A stretch of DNA of 63,337 bases, the filler included, from Octopus bimaculoides (lineage: Eukaryota), in assembly GCF_001194135.2 (NCBI RefSeq). It is 5 parts of 5 records of this genome, joined end to end, with 100 filler letters (N's around TTAATTAATTAA, not from the genome) between each part and the next. Parts side by side here need not be neighbours in the genome. Positions count along the whole stretch, not along the records: positions 44,960 to 54,448 come from NC_069007.1; positions 54,549 to 61,934 come from NC_068984.1; positions 62,035 to 63,337 come from NW_026315553.1; 2 more parts are not named here. One strand, written 5' to 3'. The position numbers and the translations under genes are program-made. The number at the start of each line of letters is the position of its first letter. Positions within the stretch are counted from its first letter, which is position 1. Positions 48,226 through 62,035 of this stretch are shown here, piece after piece. The notes under the pieces are model-generated. The model was not told the origin of the DNA and made no database searches. It worked only from the letters and a program-made list of their open reading frames with translations.

Positions 48226-50195
48226 AATGTGCATATATACAGGCGCGTGCGTTTTGAAACTACGTAGGTTCAGTTGACGGACTTTGTCTGGTGATTCCAT
48301 AATTCATCTGCTGCTCATTTATCATTATCTGCTCATGTTCTGACCGACTAGCTTGTTCTATGTAGCTTTCCAGTCGTCCACATTTTAATACACTCATTGA
48401 GTTTCGAGAATTGCAATGAAAATTTTCTTTCACTTCAAGTATCTTTCCATAATTAAACCTAAGCTCCGATCTTTCCATTCAAATATAAAGAAATACCACG
48501 ATTTTGTCTTTTGTATTTGGTAAGAATTCAGTTGTGAAATTGTTCATGAAATTTTGCCCACATAAATATATTTTTCAATATTTTAGGTCATATGTTGTTG
48601 ATGACGTCTTGAATATTCTAAAATTTCTTTTTTTTTTTCTTTTTCATTTNNNNNNNNNNNNNNNNNNNNNNNNNNNNNNNNNNNNNNNNNNNNNNNNNNN
48701 NNNNNNNNNNNNNNNNNNNNNNNNNNNNNNNNNNNNNNNNNNNNNNNNNNNNNNNNNNNNNNNNNNNNNNNNNNNNNNNNNNNNNNNNNNNNNNNNNNNN
48801 NNNNNNNNNNNNNNNNNNNNNNNNNNNNNNNNNNNNNNNNNNNNNNNNNNNNNNNNNNNNNNNNNNNNNNNNNNNNNNNNNNNNNNNNNNNNNNNNNNNN
48901 NNNNNNNNNNNNNNNNNNNNNNNNNNNNNNNNTATATGTGTAAAGAATTAAAAAAACACAATGAAAAAACACATATATATATGTAAAGAATAATAAAACA
49001 ATAAAAAAACACGTTTCAAGCGAACTACAATACTCTCCTATATATATATATATATATATACTGCTTTGTCTATTCTGCTTGTAATAACTCCTAAGTGCAA
49101 ACGTCCTTTGAACAAGCATGTTTTCCATCCGTACAGTCTTTGATCCCATTTTATAGGATTCGGTGCTAGTGTACATTTCTTTTAATAAATGGAATGAAAT
49201 ATTTGTTCTTACACGTTCAAGATGACAGAATGTAAATAGGTGTGTTATTTTGTGAAACGCAGCGCTCCATAGCACGCCACAGTGTCACTTCAAAATGGCG
49301 GGCATAGCATTTATTTGCGTGTAACTCTTTTGTTATTTTGCGTATACAATTTTGCAATATAGCAAATAGAAGAGAATATATTTTTCTCTCCCTATTATCT
49401 ATTATTAAACCAAGTGTTTATCTGATTTAGTTTTTATGGCATCCCCAAACACAATTATGGCTCATTTTCGCCGAATATAGAATTGAGTACATGTTATATA
49501 GCATAGATTTATTTCTCTTCCCTTTAATTCATGGATATTTTGAGGCTTTTAAGAATATTAATACATTATGTTATTCATGTATTTTTATTGTATTTTCAGC
49601 ATCACCATATTGTCATAACAATAAAGGTATTTTAGTTGAACAAAACAAGCCAACATCTTTGGGTTCAGAAAGTTAAAATGTTGTATCTGTGTCAACATGG
49701 AAATGATATGTTTCTCCGATATATTTATAAACATTTGGTATATTTGTGAACGTACAGGATCGCACAAATTAGTGATGGGATCTTAGCCTAATAAGGAACT
49801 AAGCCAACTATAGCGCATTTGTGAACGTACAGGGTCGTAGAAATTATTGCTGAAATGTTGGTTTAATCGGGAACCGAATGATCGGTTTACAAATTTAATT
49901 CGTTCGTGAAGGCCGTTCGTCACCTGAAATGTTCATAATCCGAAGCTATTATTCTAATATGACATTTATGAGGAGTCACAGCGAATTCGTGCGGGGATGT
50001 GCATTGAATGAAAGCTAGAGAGTAACTGATAATCCCTGCAAAAGTCGGTTCTCTGTCATCGAATCGGACGGCAAGATTTGGATGAGGCTGTAGGATGCAT
50101 GAGGAATGCAATCGAAAGATTTCTCAAAGAGCAAAAAAAAAAAAACAGTAACTGAATCGTGGCAGAGGTTTGATGATGTTCATGGTCGGGCGAGT

Positions 50196-50240
<45 letters not shown>

Positions 50241-50291
50241 AAGCATGTATGTATCCATATAGATAGATACATACATATACATACATACATA

Positions 50292-50365
<74 letters not shown>

Positions 50366-50400
50366 CATACACATATACATATATATATATATATATACAT

Positions 50401-50454
<54 letters not shown>

Positions 50455-51399
50455 GTTACGTTAAGCTGATAGTTTGTTCGGGAAAATGTACCCGCCATGC
50501 GCTGTAAAGTCGGACGAAGACGTGATGGAATGACGAGAAAGGAAAATGGCATTTCAGGAGTATAACCGGATTTATATTGTATAGGAAACTTTGTGGCGTT
50601 TGAATTGAACGTGAAGATTAGGACAGAATTTAGAAAGAAAAACTGAAAGAAATTTAACATCTTGCTGTTGCTGCGAAACACGTTTAAACCGGAACTTAGC
50701 GTAAAAGATATTAATTTCGAAATTCACAAAGCAAACTTAATAAATGAAGTGTCATCGTATATATTGAAGAATTATGTAATAACATCTGATTTTTGTGTCA
50801 TCAATATACCATAGACATGTATTTACTTCTGCAACCCTGGCGAAAACGGGTTATAATTGAATTTAAGGGGCGTAAAGTGATTTCCGGAAATAATTGGTTT
50901 AATAAAAGAGATGACGGATAGACAGACAGACAGACAGATTGGATCAATCTCGAGTATAACCAGCCGAAATTGCAAAGATAATCTGAAACTCGACTGAGGA
51001 AAGAAAACTCCGAATGACCCGTCCTTGTTTCCCTTGTATCGTCTGTCTGTTGTTCTTTTTTGCTTCACCTAACTGTCTGGACNNNNNNNNNNNNNNNNNN
51101 NNNNNNNNNNNNNNNNNNNNNNNNNNNNNNNNNNNNNNNNNNNNNNNNNNNNNNNNNNNNNNNNNNNNNNNNNNNNNNNNNNNNNNNNNNNNNNNNNNNN
51201 NNNNNNTTATAGGTATAAGAATATACCATAAACAAATATAAAAAAATGGAGAGAAGATGTTAAAACAGAAATAGATTTATCATAAAACTGGATTCAATGT
51301 ATACGTACGTTTCGAAAAACAATGAAAAAAATTTAAGAAAAAATTTAAATAAAAATTGTAAGTCTTCAATCGCTATTTACAAACAACAACAACAACAAG

Positions 51400-52380
51400 T
51401 TACTGACAGAAAGAAATTTACAATTACTGACAAAAGTAATTTCGTACATAATTTACTGACAGAAGTAACTTCATAAATTTCACTTAAATCTGGACACTTA
51501 GTTAATTTCTCTAAAAATTTCTTATTTACTTTTGCAACGGTTTTGTGTTTTTCTGTTGTTAATGGCTGTTTCCTGGTTCCTTCGATACTGGCTCTTTGGT
51601 TCAGTGACAAATTTCGCTTCAACCAGTACAATTCTTTCTTTTCCGTAAAAATTTCTTATTTACTTTCTGCTTGTCGTATTAAGAAATATAATTTCCGTTA
51701 CCCAATTATTTGCATCCGCGTATTTCTGTATACGTATATAACCATGCCTAGAAAGAAAGTGTCAAATTTGTCTACAATATCAAGGTCGAGCCAAAAGAAT
51801 GTCTCTGTTCATAGAAGGTGAGACAGGGAAGCATACCACGAAACGAACAAACTGTGCACTACAAAAGCCAGAGAATCTCAAAGTGATGAACAGAGATGTG
51901 CACGGTTGACAAGGAATAGAATCTCCACTGCGGAACGAAGAGCTGTTGCATTAGTTCGGAGAAGCAACTTTTATGAAGCAGCTTTCAATTATGATCCAGC
52001 AGTGCATTATGCAGGTGACACTAGAGTTTCCATTGGTGCAATGACAACTGAGTGCATACATTGTAAAGCAAGGAGGTGGCCTGGAGAGACACCTACACTG
52101 TGCTGAAGTGATGAAAAAGTTAAACTCCCTGCAATCTACCAACCTTCAGAGCCATTGAAGAAACTGTCGTCATCAACTGACCAAGACTCCAAGCACTTCC
52201 AAAACAATATTAGACAATACAACGCTGCACTACAGATGACATCATTTGGAGCCACAAGAGATTTAACTGAGCCAGGATTCATGCAAACTTTTAAGATCCA
52301 AGGTCAGATTTATCATCGGATTGGCTCTCTACTACCTCTGTCAAATAAATCACCAAAATCGGCCTTTCATTGTCTATAAT
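51400..52380 (+). mobile_element. Helitron RepHel N-terminal pseudogene
   Basis: MPRKKVSNLS..ESQSDEQRCARL..EAAFNYDP..IGAMTTECIHCKARRWPGETPTLC*..PSEPL..SKHFQNNIRQYNAALQMTSFGA..FKIQGQIYHRIGSLLP. ATG near 51745; termini not identified. Confidence 0.9.
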
Positions 52381-52776
52381 TTGTGTCTGTGTTTTGGTTA
52401 CGAAATAAGCTACACAAAACGTATTTACTTTATATACATATATGAGTTGAAAACTTTCTTTGAACATTTCACTTAACGTCTATGTTCCATGTCGGCATGG
52501 GTTGGAGAGTTATTAATGTAGAAAGTTGGTACCTCAGNNNNNNNNNNNNNNNNNNNNNNNNNNNNNNNNNNNNNNNNNNNNNNNNNNNNNNNNNNNNNNN
52601 NNNNNNNNNNNNNNNNNNNNNNNNNNNNNNNNNNNNNNNNNNNNNNNNNNNNNNATATAGTATGAATATAGTATGTGTGTGTGTGTGTATGTATGGATTT
52701 TCTTATTATTAAAGCTGGAAAATCATCACAAAAATATCACAAAAACTGCTACTCAGTTTCAAATTCCCATTCGTCG

Positions 52777-52836
<60 letters not shown>

Positions 52837-52984
52837 TAGATTAACATATATGAATATATACACGCACACACTCACACACACACATACACACACACACACA
52901 TATATATATTTATATGTGTGTTTGTGTATGGATGTATGTATATATATATATAATTTGTAATATAATGGTCCCAACTATTAGCAC

Positions 52985-53175
52985 ATGGCCATCCCTTTCG
53001 AGAGGAAGCGGGTAAGTCGAATACATAGTACCCAGTCATCCAGTAGTGAGTGTTATATCGACTTCGAAAGGATGAATGACAAATTTGATTTCGTACCGAA
53101 TGTGGACTCAGAACAAATGTACGTCATGTCGGAAGAAATGCTTTGCGGTATTTTGTCCGAAGTCCGAACGATTCT
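52985..53175 (-). mobile_element. SINE family B, decayed
   Basis: tatcgacttcgaaaggatgaatgacaaa...gactcagaac. Confidence 0.65.
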
Positions 53176-53204
53176 GTAAGCTCGCCGCCTTAATACACAT
53201 ATTA

Positions 53205-53690
53205 CACAGGCGTGGCATGCTTCTCAACATGGTTCTGAGTTCAGTCCCACTGTGCAGCACCATGGACCCCGGGGCGACTAAAGCCCTGTAAGTGGATTTG
53301 GTAGAAGGAAACTGAAAGAATACCGCTGGGTTCAGTCCCACTGCACGGCACCTTGGGTAAGTGTTTTCTACTATAGTCTCGGGCCGACTAAAGTGTTGTG
53401 AGTCATTTTGGTAGATGGAAACTGAAAGAGACCCGTCGTATGTATGTATATGTATATATGTGTCTGTGTGTGCTTTTCATTGTGTCTGCGCTGGTCATAC
53501 ATACCCCCATCACCGCTTGTCAACCGGTGTTGCTGTGTTTGTGTCCATGTAATCTAGCGGTTCAGTCAAAAGACAGCGATAGAATAAGTACCAGGCATTA
53601 AAAAAGTAAGTAATGGAGTGGATTCGTTCGACTAAAAATTCATGGCGGTGCCCCAGCATGGCTGCAGTCTAATGACTGAAACAAGGTACC
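53205..53690 (+). mobile_element. SINE family A with a duplicated 5' half
   Basis: ttcagtcccactg...ggaaactgaaaga occurs twice in tandem. Confidence 0.8.
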
Positions 53691-54448
53691 ACGCAGTGGT
53701 ACTGACCACGGGACCACGTAGTTGGGAAGCAAGCTTCTTATCGTCCGAGTAAAATAGGAATCAAAGAGGTCCTTAGGCCAAAAAATGGTTGAGTAGCACT
53801 TCAGTAGACCATATGCTTGCCCTTAAATGGATGCTTGTAAATATGGCCGTATTTATATATGTACGTGCTTTTGGGTATATACACAAGTGAATATCAGTGT
53901 ATTTTCGTTGAGTGTGTTTACGTACAACGTATGCGCATATATGTGCGAGTATGTATATGTGTGTAGGAAGGTATAAGTGTATGCAAGGAAGAGAAAGCGA
54001 AAGAGACTCTCAGACGACGTTATGTTAGTAAATATCGGTTAAAGAAACCGCGTGGAATTGGTGAGATACAGAACTGATAGCGGTGTCTAACATAGCGTTG
54101 CTGTTGTTGTTGTTGTTGTTGTTGTTGTCGTCGTGGTTATTGCTGATTTGCAGCAGTGGTTAGGCTGATAACGATAACAAGAGCGTGTGCTTGTGATCGT
54201 ATGTGTGTGTGTGTAAGCGCGCGCGCGCGATAAACCACTGCAAACCAGTAGTCAACACATACCGACATTAGTGTAGATTCATGTACTTTGTCAAGAATAG
54301 AGCATGGTACGGAAATTATACGCGCGCACACACACACACATTTAGTGAGTTAGAGAGAAAGTAGATTGTGTACGACAGCTTACATGTGTGAGTGAATGTG
54401 TGTGTGTGTATGTGTATATTTATACTTATATATATATATATATGTATA

Positions 54449-54548
54449 NNNNNNNNNNNNNNNNNNNNNNNNNNNNNNNNNNNNNNNNNNNNTTAATTAA
54501 TTAANNNNNNNNNNNNNNNNNNNNNNNNNNNNNNNNNNNNNNNNNNNN
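54449..54548. other. Artificial assembly spacer
   Basis: 44N-TTAATTAATTAA-44N. Confidence 0.95.
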
Positions 54549-54567
54549 ATATATATATATATATATA

Positions 54568-54960
54568 CAGGGTGACCAAAAAAAAACCGAACCCACAAAC
54601 CTTTGAATAAAACTGTCTGAATAAAACGATGCAGAGGGATAGATCGAGATGAGCAGTGGTTACAGCAAGACGGGGCCACTCCCTTCGCATCAAATGACTC
54701 CCTAGCCTGGGCGAGACAGCGATTTCAGGAGAGACTGATCAGCAGGAAGTATGTGACGTTGAGTGGGCACCACATTCACCAGACTTGAACCCCACCAGAT
54801 TTTTTATCTGCGGGGTTATATCAAGGATAATGCTTACCAGAACAACGCTCAAACAATAGGTGAACTGAAGGCAACAACACAGCAGAAATCAAGGAAATCC
54901 CCAAAGAGGAATGTGTTTGAGTAATTGACAATTTTGCATGACGTATGCAAGTGGACAGGA
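54568..54960 (+). mobile_element. Internally deleted Tc1/mariner element
   Basis: TA|CAGGGTG terminus; QQDGATP...EWAPHSPDLNP.DF...GYIKDNAY. Confidence 0.88.
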
Positions 54961-55391
54961 AAAGGGAAATCCAAATACGAGTCGAGCGTCTATACTATTT
55001 TTATTTGATGCAAATTTCTTATGAAGAGAAGGGATGAAACGAGCTGGAACAAAATGAATTAAAAGTATATTTACAAAGTTTCTCGTGATAGTTAACTGTT
55101 AATGACATATTAAAGTGTTCCGATTCTTCATCAACACGCTGCATAATTTAAGTATATGATTGTATTCGTAGGTGTCTCATAATGATGGATCACATCGTAT
55201 TTGTGATTTACAAGATTGTGTGTCCTCGCCGTTTTCCTTGCATATAATATGTGTCGCTTCATTACGAAACATGAGACATCTTTTATTTAGATAGTTCCAT
55301 TGAGAGAAAATCACGTTTAGATAGCGAAAGGATACAGTATTGTCTGTATTTCAAGATATAGTTTACACACACGCGCACGCACGCACGCACG

Positions 55392-55423
<32 letters not shown>

Positions 55424-55439
55424 CATACATACATACATC

Positions 55440-55485
<46 letters not shown>

Positions 55486-55667
55486 NNNNNNNNNNNNNNN
55501 NNNNNNNNNNNNNNNNNNNNNNNNNNNNNNNNNNNNNNNNNNNNNNNNNNNNNTTATATATATATAAGAGACTGTATTAGATTTTGATCTTCTTTATTGA
55601 TGTTTTATGAACATATTAAAAACATCAATGAAAAAGATTAAAATCAGCCGTGTCTTTAATATATATA

Positions 55668-55698
<31 letters not shown>

Positions 55699-55899
55699 AT
55701 GTATGTATGTATGTATGTATGTATGTATCACTTAATGTACACGGTGTTAAATGAGATTTATCTTTCATTGGATGAAGTACTTTTTGGTTGATCCTACCTA
55801 TAACGAAGCAGTAAACTATATCTATATCTTTCTATCTATATATATATGTGTGATAAATGCGTTACAGTTGTTTCACGAGGAGTCTTTGTTGTGGCATAA

Positions 55900-56470
55900 G
55901 CGTAATACCATTCGTTAGATTGAGTAATATCTTACACAACTCCCAACTCATCAGGTGGTCTTTATTATCAAGGAACAACTCATGAAGTACCCACTTCTCT
56001 TCTCTATACACTTTCCCAATCTGCTTGAGATGATCTTTCACAGTGTACCAAGCTTTATTAAAACTCCCTGATCCTCTTCAGTTGATGTATTCAGTTAATG
56101 AGAACAGTTGAACTTCCTAATCGATACTCGTCCAAATGTTCGAATCACCGTTTTTTAATTTGTTAAACCACCTTTGGCATTTTCGAACACTGACACGATC
56201 AGGATATACTGAACATATATTTTTCCTTTTCTATGTGTTGCATTGGTGCCCTTACGAAATTCATAAAATATACAACGCCTAATATGCAGCTCACTGAAGT
56301 CCTGTCTTCCATATGCTATCAAATAGAACATAAATACACACACACCGCATGCCCACTTTTACGTTTAGTCATCAAATCTATGCTGATTGGTTGGTTGCAA
56401 GAACATTTGTCATTGGTTTGTAAATTACTTGTGGTATGAGGTCAAATTATTTGCTTGAAAATACATCACT
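55900..56470 (-). mobile_element. Mariner transposase N-terminal (HTH) remnant
   Basis: HIRRCIFYEFRKGTNAT...VSVRKCQRWFNK, with frameshifts. Confidence 0.75.
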
Positions 56471-56484
56471 TTTAAATACTATTA

Positions 56485-56542
<58 letters not shown>

Positions 56543-56770
56543 GAAGCGCACAATATATACACACGGACAAGGGAGATAACCACCCCATGAACGACTAGAG
56601 ATTACTGGACTAGACTAGCTTCGCCTATCAGTCGTAGGCTCGTCAGCAGTAACTACTCAATCGCTCTATGGTTTGGTTAAATTGGACTGTCAGTTGTGCA
56701 CTTCACTCAGCATTAAGAGCTTTTAACTCTTATTTCTTGCGATATAGGTGCTTCAGCACCCTCATTCACA

Positions 56771-57182
56771 TAGGTGTAGGAGTGGCTGTGTGGTAAGTAG
56801 CTCGCTTACCAACCACATAGTTCCAGGTTCAGTCCCACTGCGTGGCACCTTGGGCAAGTGTCTTCTACTATAGCCTCGGACCGACCAAAGCCTTGTGAGT
56901 GGATTTAGTAGACGGAAACTGAAAGAAGCCCGTCGTATATATGTATAAACATATATGTATGTGTGTGTATATGTTTGTGTGTCTGTCTTTGTTCCCCCAC
57001 CCCACCAACATCGCTTGACAACCGATGCTGGTGTGTTTACGTCCCCGTAACTTAGCGGTTCGGCAAAAGAGACCGATAGAATAAGTACTAGGCCTACAAA
57101 GAATAAGTCCTGGGGTCGATTTGCTCGACTAAAGGCGGTGCTCCAGCATGGCCACAGTCAAATGACTGAAACAAGTAAAAGA

Positions 57183-57183
<1 letters not shown>
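56771..57183 (+). mobile_element. Near-intact SINE family A copy
   Basis: tRNA-like head (gtggctgtgtggtaag; ggttcagtccc), ccttgggcaagtg core, internal (TG/TA) tract and 3' tail. Confidence 0.9.
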
Positions 57184-57223
<40 letters not shown>

Positions 57224-58599
57224 GAGTATCTGAGTATATGTCTGTATGCGTGTCTGTGTATATAGAGGATAGAGTTTTTCGTCTACCGAGCTGTCTGTAC
57301 GTTCAATTTATATAAGTATGTAACAGAGACCGTGAACAACCGATACATCAAGACCTTGTAGGCCTTTAACACCCAGACAAAAATTCAAGTGAATAAAATA
57401 GCAAGCATCAAACATAGAAATCGAAGCACATAAGCTTCAGTTAATATATGTACGCCGCAGGACTCTGACGTCTTTTTTCTTCCTTTTTTTATATGCTATC
57501 AAATGAAATTATTAGATGTTTAACTGCTGTACAAAGAATCTACTTCGACAGAGACCACACGTGTCTCATCTGGGATTTGTTCAGTCACATGTCTCAATAG
57601 AATTAACTTTCTTTCATAAATGTTTCTAATGTTTCATATAGCAAGAAATCTCATAACATCTCCGTGAATAGCCGAGAATTAACCTGAAAGAAAGTGCAAT
57701 TTTCTTTTCTTTTTTTTTTTTTTTTCTCATAAAACAAACAGTATTAAACCTTGTATATTTGTAAACAACAATCTCGGGGAAACTGAAGCAACACAAAGAA
57801 AATGGATGGAGGAGAAAAAGAGAGAGTAAAAATGAACTGAAACGTATTATGGAATCGAAATCGAATAGTAGCCTTCACTCTCTAGAAATATGTTTCCTAA
57901 TGTTGTTCGGAATTTGATATAAAACAAACCAATCGTGGTTTGTGGCCGATTTTTTCGCAGTTTTTTTTTTCTTCAATAATATAAACCCCGCCCAACCACT
58001 AAATATCAACATAGCAGACATTATTGTCTATTAGATTGAACAATCTACATTGTTATAGATGTATTTGGTCCACCAGACAACAAAAATATCAGATCGATAC
58101 GAAATGAAATACAGACAGTTTCTATGAACAACAAATAACGAGAGGAATAACTTGCATCTGTCTATATCCTGATTGTAGTTGGCTGGCCTGATAGCATGTT
58201 GTTGGTCGTCTATTGACTAAACATGTTGATTGTATCTTAACAAAGTCATTGGCAAACATTCACTCATCAACTCATTACAACCAGCTACTGGTTCTCGCAG
58301 ACGCAATGTTTCATCCTTTAATCTTTTCTACCACTACTACAACGGTACCTGCTCTTCTGGACTAGCAAGCTGGTATACCACTTCCTTTGAATTACGAATA
58401 TGATTATTGAAATATTCTGACATAGAAAAACTTGAAAGCGGCGATTTGGCAGGGACACCAGTGGGGTCGGACGGGATGCCTTGCGGTGTTTATTTCTGCC
58501 CGCTGATTTCAAATTCCGCAGCAGTCAACTTTGACTTTCATTCTTTTGGGATCGATAAATAAAGTACCAGTCAAGTATGAGAGTCAATTTCCAACCGCT

Positions 58600-58647
<48 letters not shown>

Positions 58648-59591
58648 CCTCTCTTTCTCTCTGAATCGGCTACATTGCACCGTGAGGACTACTTACGGAA
58701 TCCTTTATCTCCACGAATGAAGAAGAGTTGAATGAAAGCTTCGCAATTACTTCCTATACAAAGAAAACTAATACTCTTGTGGAACAAGGGACAGACTGAT
58801 AAGCACTGTAGTAACAGAAGTAAGGATAATGAACAAGCATGATCCAGTTTCGAATCCCATGCGCTTTCACTTCATTTCTGTTACGTTGTTAATACTATTG
58901 GTAACGAATGAACTGTCGAAGCAGCCTTTTAATGATGNNNNNNNNNNNNNNNNNNNNNNNNNNNNNNNNNNNNNNNNNNNNNNNNNNNNNNNNNNNNNNN
59001 NNNNNNNNNNNNNNNNNNNNNNNNNNNNNNNNNNNNNNNNNNNNNNNNNNNNNNNNNNNNNNNNNNNNNNNNNNNNNNNNNNNNNNNNNNNNNNNNNNNN
59101 NNNNNNNNNNNNNNNNNNNNNNNNNNNNNNNNNNNNNNNNNNNNNNNNNNNNNNNNNNNNNNNNNNNNNNNNNNNNNNNNNNNNNNNNNNNNNNNNNNNN
59201 NNNNNNNNNNNNNNNNNNNNNNNNNNNNNNNNNNNNNNNNNNNNNNNNNNNNNNNNNNNNNNNNNNNNNNNNNNNNNNNNNNNNNNNNNNNNNNNNNNNN
59301 NNNNNNNNNNNNNNNNNNNNNNNNNNNNNNNNNNNNNNNNNNNNNNNNNNNNNNNNNNNNNNNNNNNNNNNNNNNNNNNNNNNNNNNNNNNNNNNNNNNN
59401 NNNNNNNNNNNNNNNNNNNNNNNNNNNNNNNNNNNNNNNNNNNNNNNNNNNNNNNNNNNNNNNNNNNNNNNNNNNNNNNNNNNNNNNNNNNNNNNNNNNN
59501 NNNNNNNNNNNNNNNNNNNNNNNNNNNNNNNNNNNNNNNNNNNNNNNNNNNNNNNNNNNNNNNNNNNNNNNNNNNNTATCTTCGGCTACAT

Positions 59592-59924
59592 TACTCTTTT
59601 ACTTGTTTCAGTCATTTGAATGCGGCCATGCTGGAGCACCGCCTTTAGTCGAGCAAATCGACCCCAGGACTTATTCTTTGTAAGCCTAGTTCTTATTCTA
59701 GCGGTCTCCTTTTGCCGAATCACTAAGTTACGGGGACGTAAACACACCAGCACATATACGATGAGCTTCTTTCAGTTTCCGTCTACCAAATCCACTCACA
59801 AGGCTTTGGTCAGCCCGAGGCTATAGTAGAAGACACTTGCCCAAGGTGCCACGCAGTGGGACTGAACCCGGAACCATGTGGTTGGTAAGCAAGCTACTTA
59901 CCACACAGCCACTCCTGCGCCTAT
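59592..59924 (-). mobile_element. SINE family A with an internal deletion
   Basis: Reverse complement of 56771-57183 lacking the central microsatellite segment. Confidence 0.88.
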
Positions 59925-60259
59925 ATTGAATAACATGTATTCATCGTGATCACTTAAAAACTTAAAGGTAGTTTTATTTCCCCATGTCACAGAGGTGAGT
60001 ATTTATTCTCTTCCGAGAAGAGCGGACTGTATTAAGGGCCCTCGGACATAACTGTTCACCGGGCCCCTTACCATTGATTTCAATGTGGTTGGTAAGCAAG
60101 TTACTTACCACACAGCCACTCCTGCACCATTATACAAAGTATCTTATCGTTTCTTAAGACGGTGAGGATGCAATTTGAAGAAATATGGGTGCTGCTTCTA
60201 GCAAGGTCGAGCGACCACTGATTTTAATTGTTGCTTCTTGTGTTTGTTGCTGTAGAAGT

Positions 60260-60497
60260 TCTTATTCGTACTCTACGATGTTGTTGTCGTTGTTGCTGTT
60301 GGTAATGTTATTGTTGGTGTCATTGCTGTTGCTACCTTTCATATCGTCATTGCTGTTACTGACGGTGTTGTTGTTCTTGTTGTCATCACTGCTTTTATTC
60401 GGTTCATGATGACCCCCGCTGCTGCGGCTGTTTTTGTCGGTAAATACTGTTTTGGCCTCTACTTGTGCAGTTGTTGTTGTTGTTGCTGCTGCTGCTT

Positions 60498-60577
<80 letters not shown>

Positions 60578-60578
60578 A

Positions 60579-60609
<31 letters not shown>

Positions 60610-60870
60610 AGCTATTGTTCTTGTTACCGCTACTGCTGTTGCCACTGTATCTGTTTTCGTTATCGCTCTTACGCGGCTGCTGCTGCGGCTGTTATTGTGG
60701 TTGCTGCTGCTGGTGCTAGTGCTGCTGGTGCTGCTGTCGTTGTTGTTGATGTTGTTGCTGCTGCTGTTATTGTTGTTGACACAATTAATGTTGTTATCAC
60801 AGTTGTTGTTTCATTGCATTTCCATTCACGGCTGCATTAATTGTATTTGTTGCGGTTATCGTCGTCGTCG

Positions 60871-60912
<42 letters not shown>

Positions 60913-60965
60913 ACGTCATCACCATCATCAACATCATCAACATCATTAGCGTCGTCGTCATCATT
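60260..60965. repeat. Compound (GTT/GCT/CGT/CAT)n tract
   Basis: Visible triplet repeats. Confidence 0.9.
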
Positions 60966-61018
60966 AATTTATAGATGACCTCTGAAGTAACGGATTAAAA
61001 GTTTTCAGACCGATGCAC

Positions 61019-61054
<36 letters not shown>

Positions 61055-61427
61055 ACACAGAGGCACACAAAGGCGCGCGCGCAACTCACACACTCACTCA
61101 TAAGCATAAATAGGTCTCCGTCGCTTTCTACGATGAGTCTTCAGCTGTTCGATCAACTGAACCACCTGCTTCTCACTGACTTTGCACACAAGTCGGTGAG
61201 TACTCCACAGACACGTATACTCTTACCGTGATTCTCAAGCAGAATCAGCGTTCACACACTGTATAATCCGTTTCAAGCGCTTCCACACAGTTTCTCTTGA
61301 CCCAGTTTCACTTATAAAGCTTGGATGAATCAAAGATGACACGCAATGGGATCGAAACTCAGACCTCATGATCAGAGCTGGATTAAGACCCATAGATACC
61401 CTAACCACTTAAAAGATTTTGGTACCT

Positions 61428-61488
<61 letters not shown>

Positions 61489-61934
61489 ATATATGTATGT
61501 ATGTATGCATGTATGTATGTATGTGTGTGTATGTATGTATGTATGTATGTATGTATACATGCATAGTCCAGCAGATATACATACACACAAGTACATGGAC
61601 ATGAGCAAACATACTGATGTATTTGCATAGGTGCATAGACACACATTTGCACAATCAATATATTGACAGAACGGATTAAAATACCAGAGAAAACTTATAC
61701 CATTCTATTAACATTATATCAAATTCTGGCAAATACACACTCACACAGGCACACACATACACTCATACGCATACACATTCACATACATACACATATACAC
61801 ACACAAACATTCGTATGTGCATAACGTTGCATACATGCACGCGTTGTACATTATATGCACATACTTATATGTTACACACACACACACACAAACACAATAC
61901 ATACATATATAATTCATATATATATATATATATA

Positions 61935-62034
61935 NNNNNNNNNNNNNNNNNNNNNNNNNNNNNNNNNNNNNNNNNNNNTTAATTAATTAANNNNNNNNNN
62001 NNNNNNNNNNNNNNNNNNNNNNNNNNNNNNNNNN
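61935..62034. other. Artificial assembly spacer
   Basis: 44N-TTAATTAATTAA-44N. Confidence 0.95.
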
Positions 62035-62035
62035 A

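Noticed and set aside
49060-49290. Possible further mariner HTH remnant
   Set aside because: Only scattered residues match; too degraded to support.
49741-49848. Two roughly 32-bp direct repeats (atttgtgaacgtacagg..cg) separated by a spacer, superficially CRISPR-like
   Set aside because: Only two diverged units, eukaryotic context, no cas genes.
60262-60949. Poly-Cys, poly-Ala and poly-His ORFs
   Set aside because: (GCT/GTT/CAT)n tract open in several frames on both strands.
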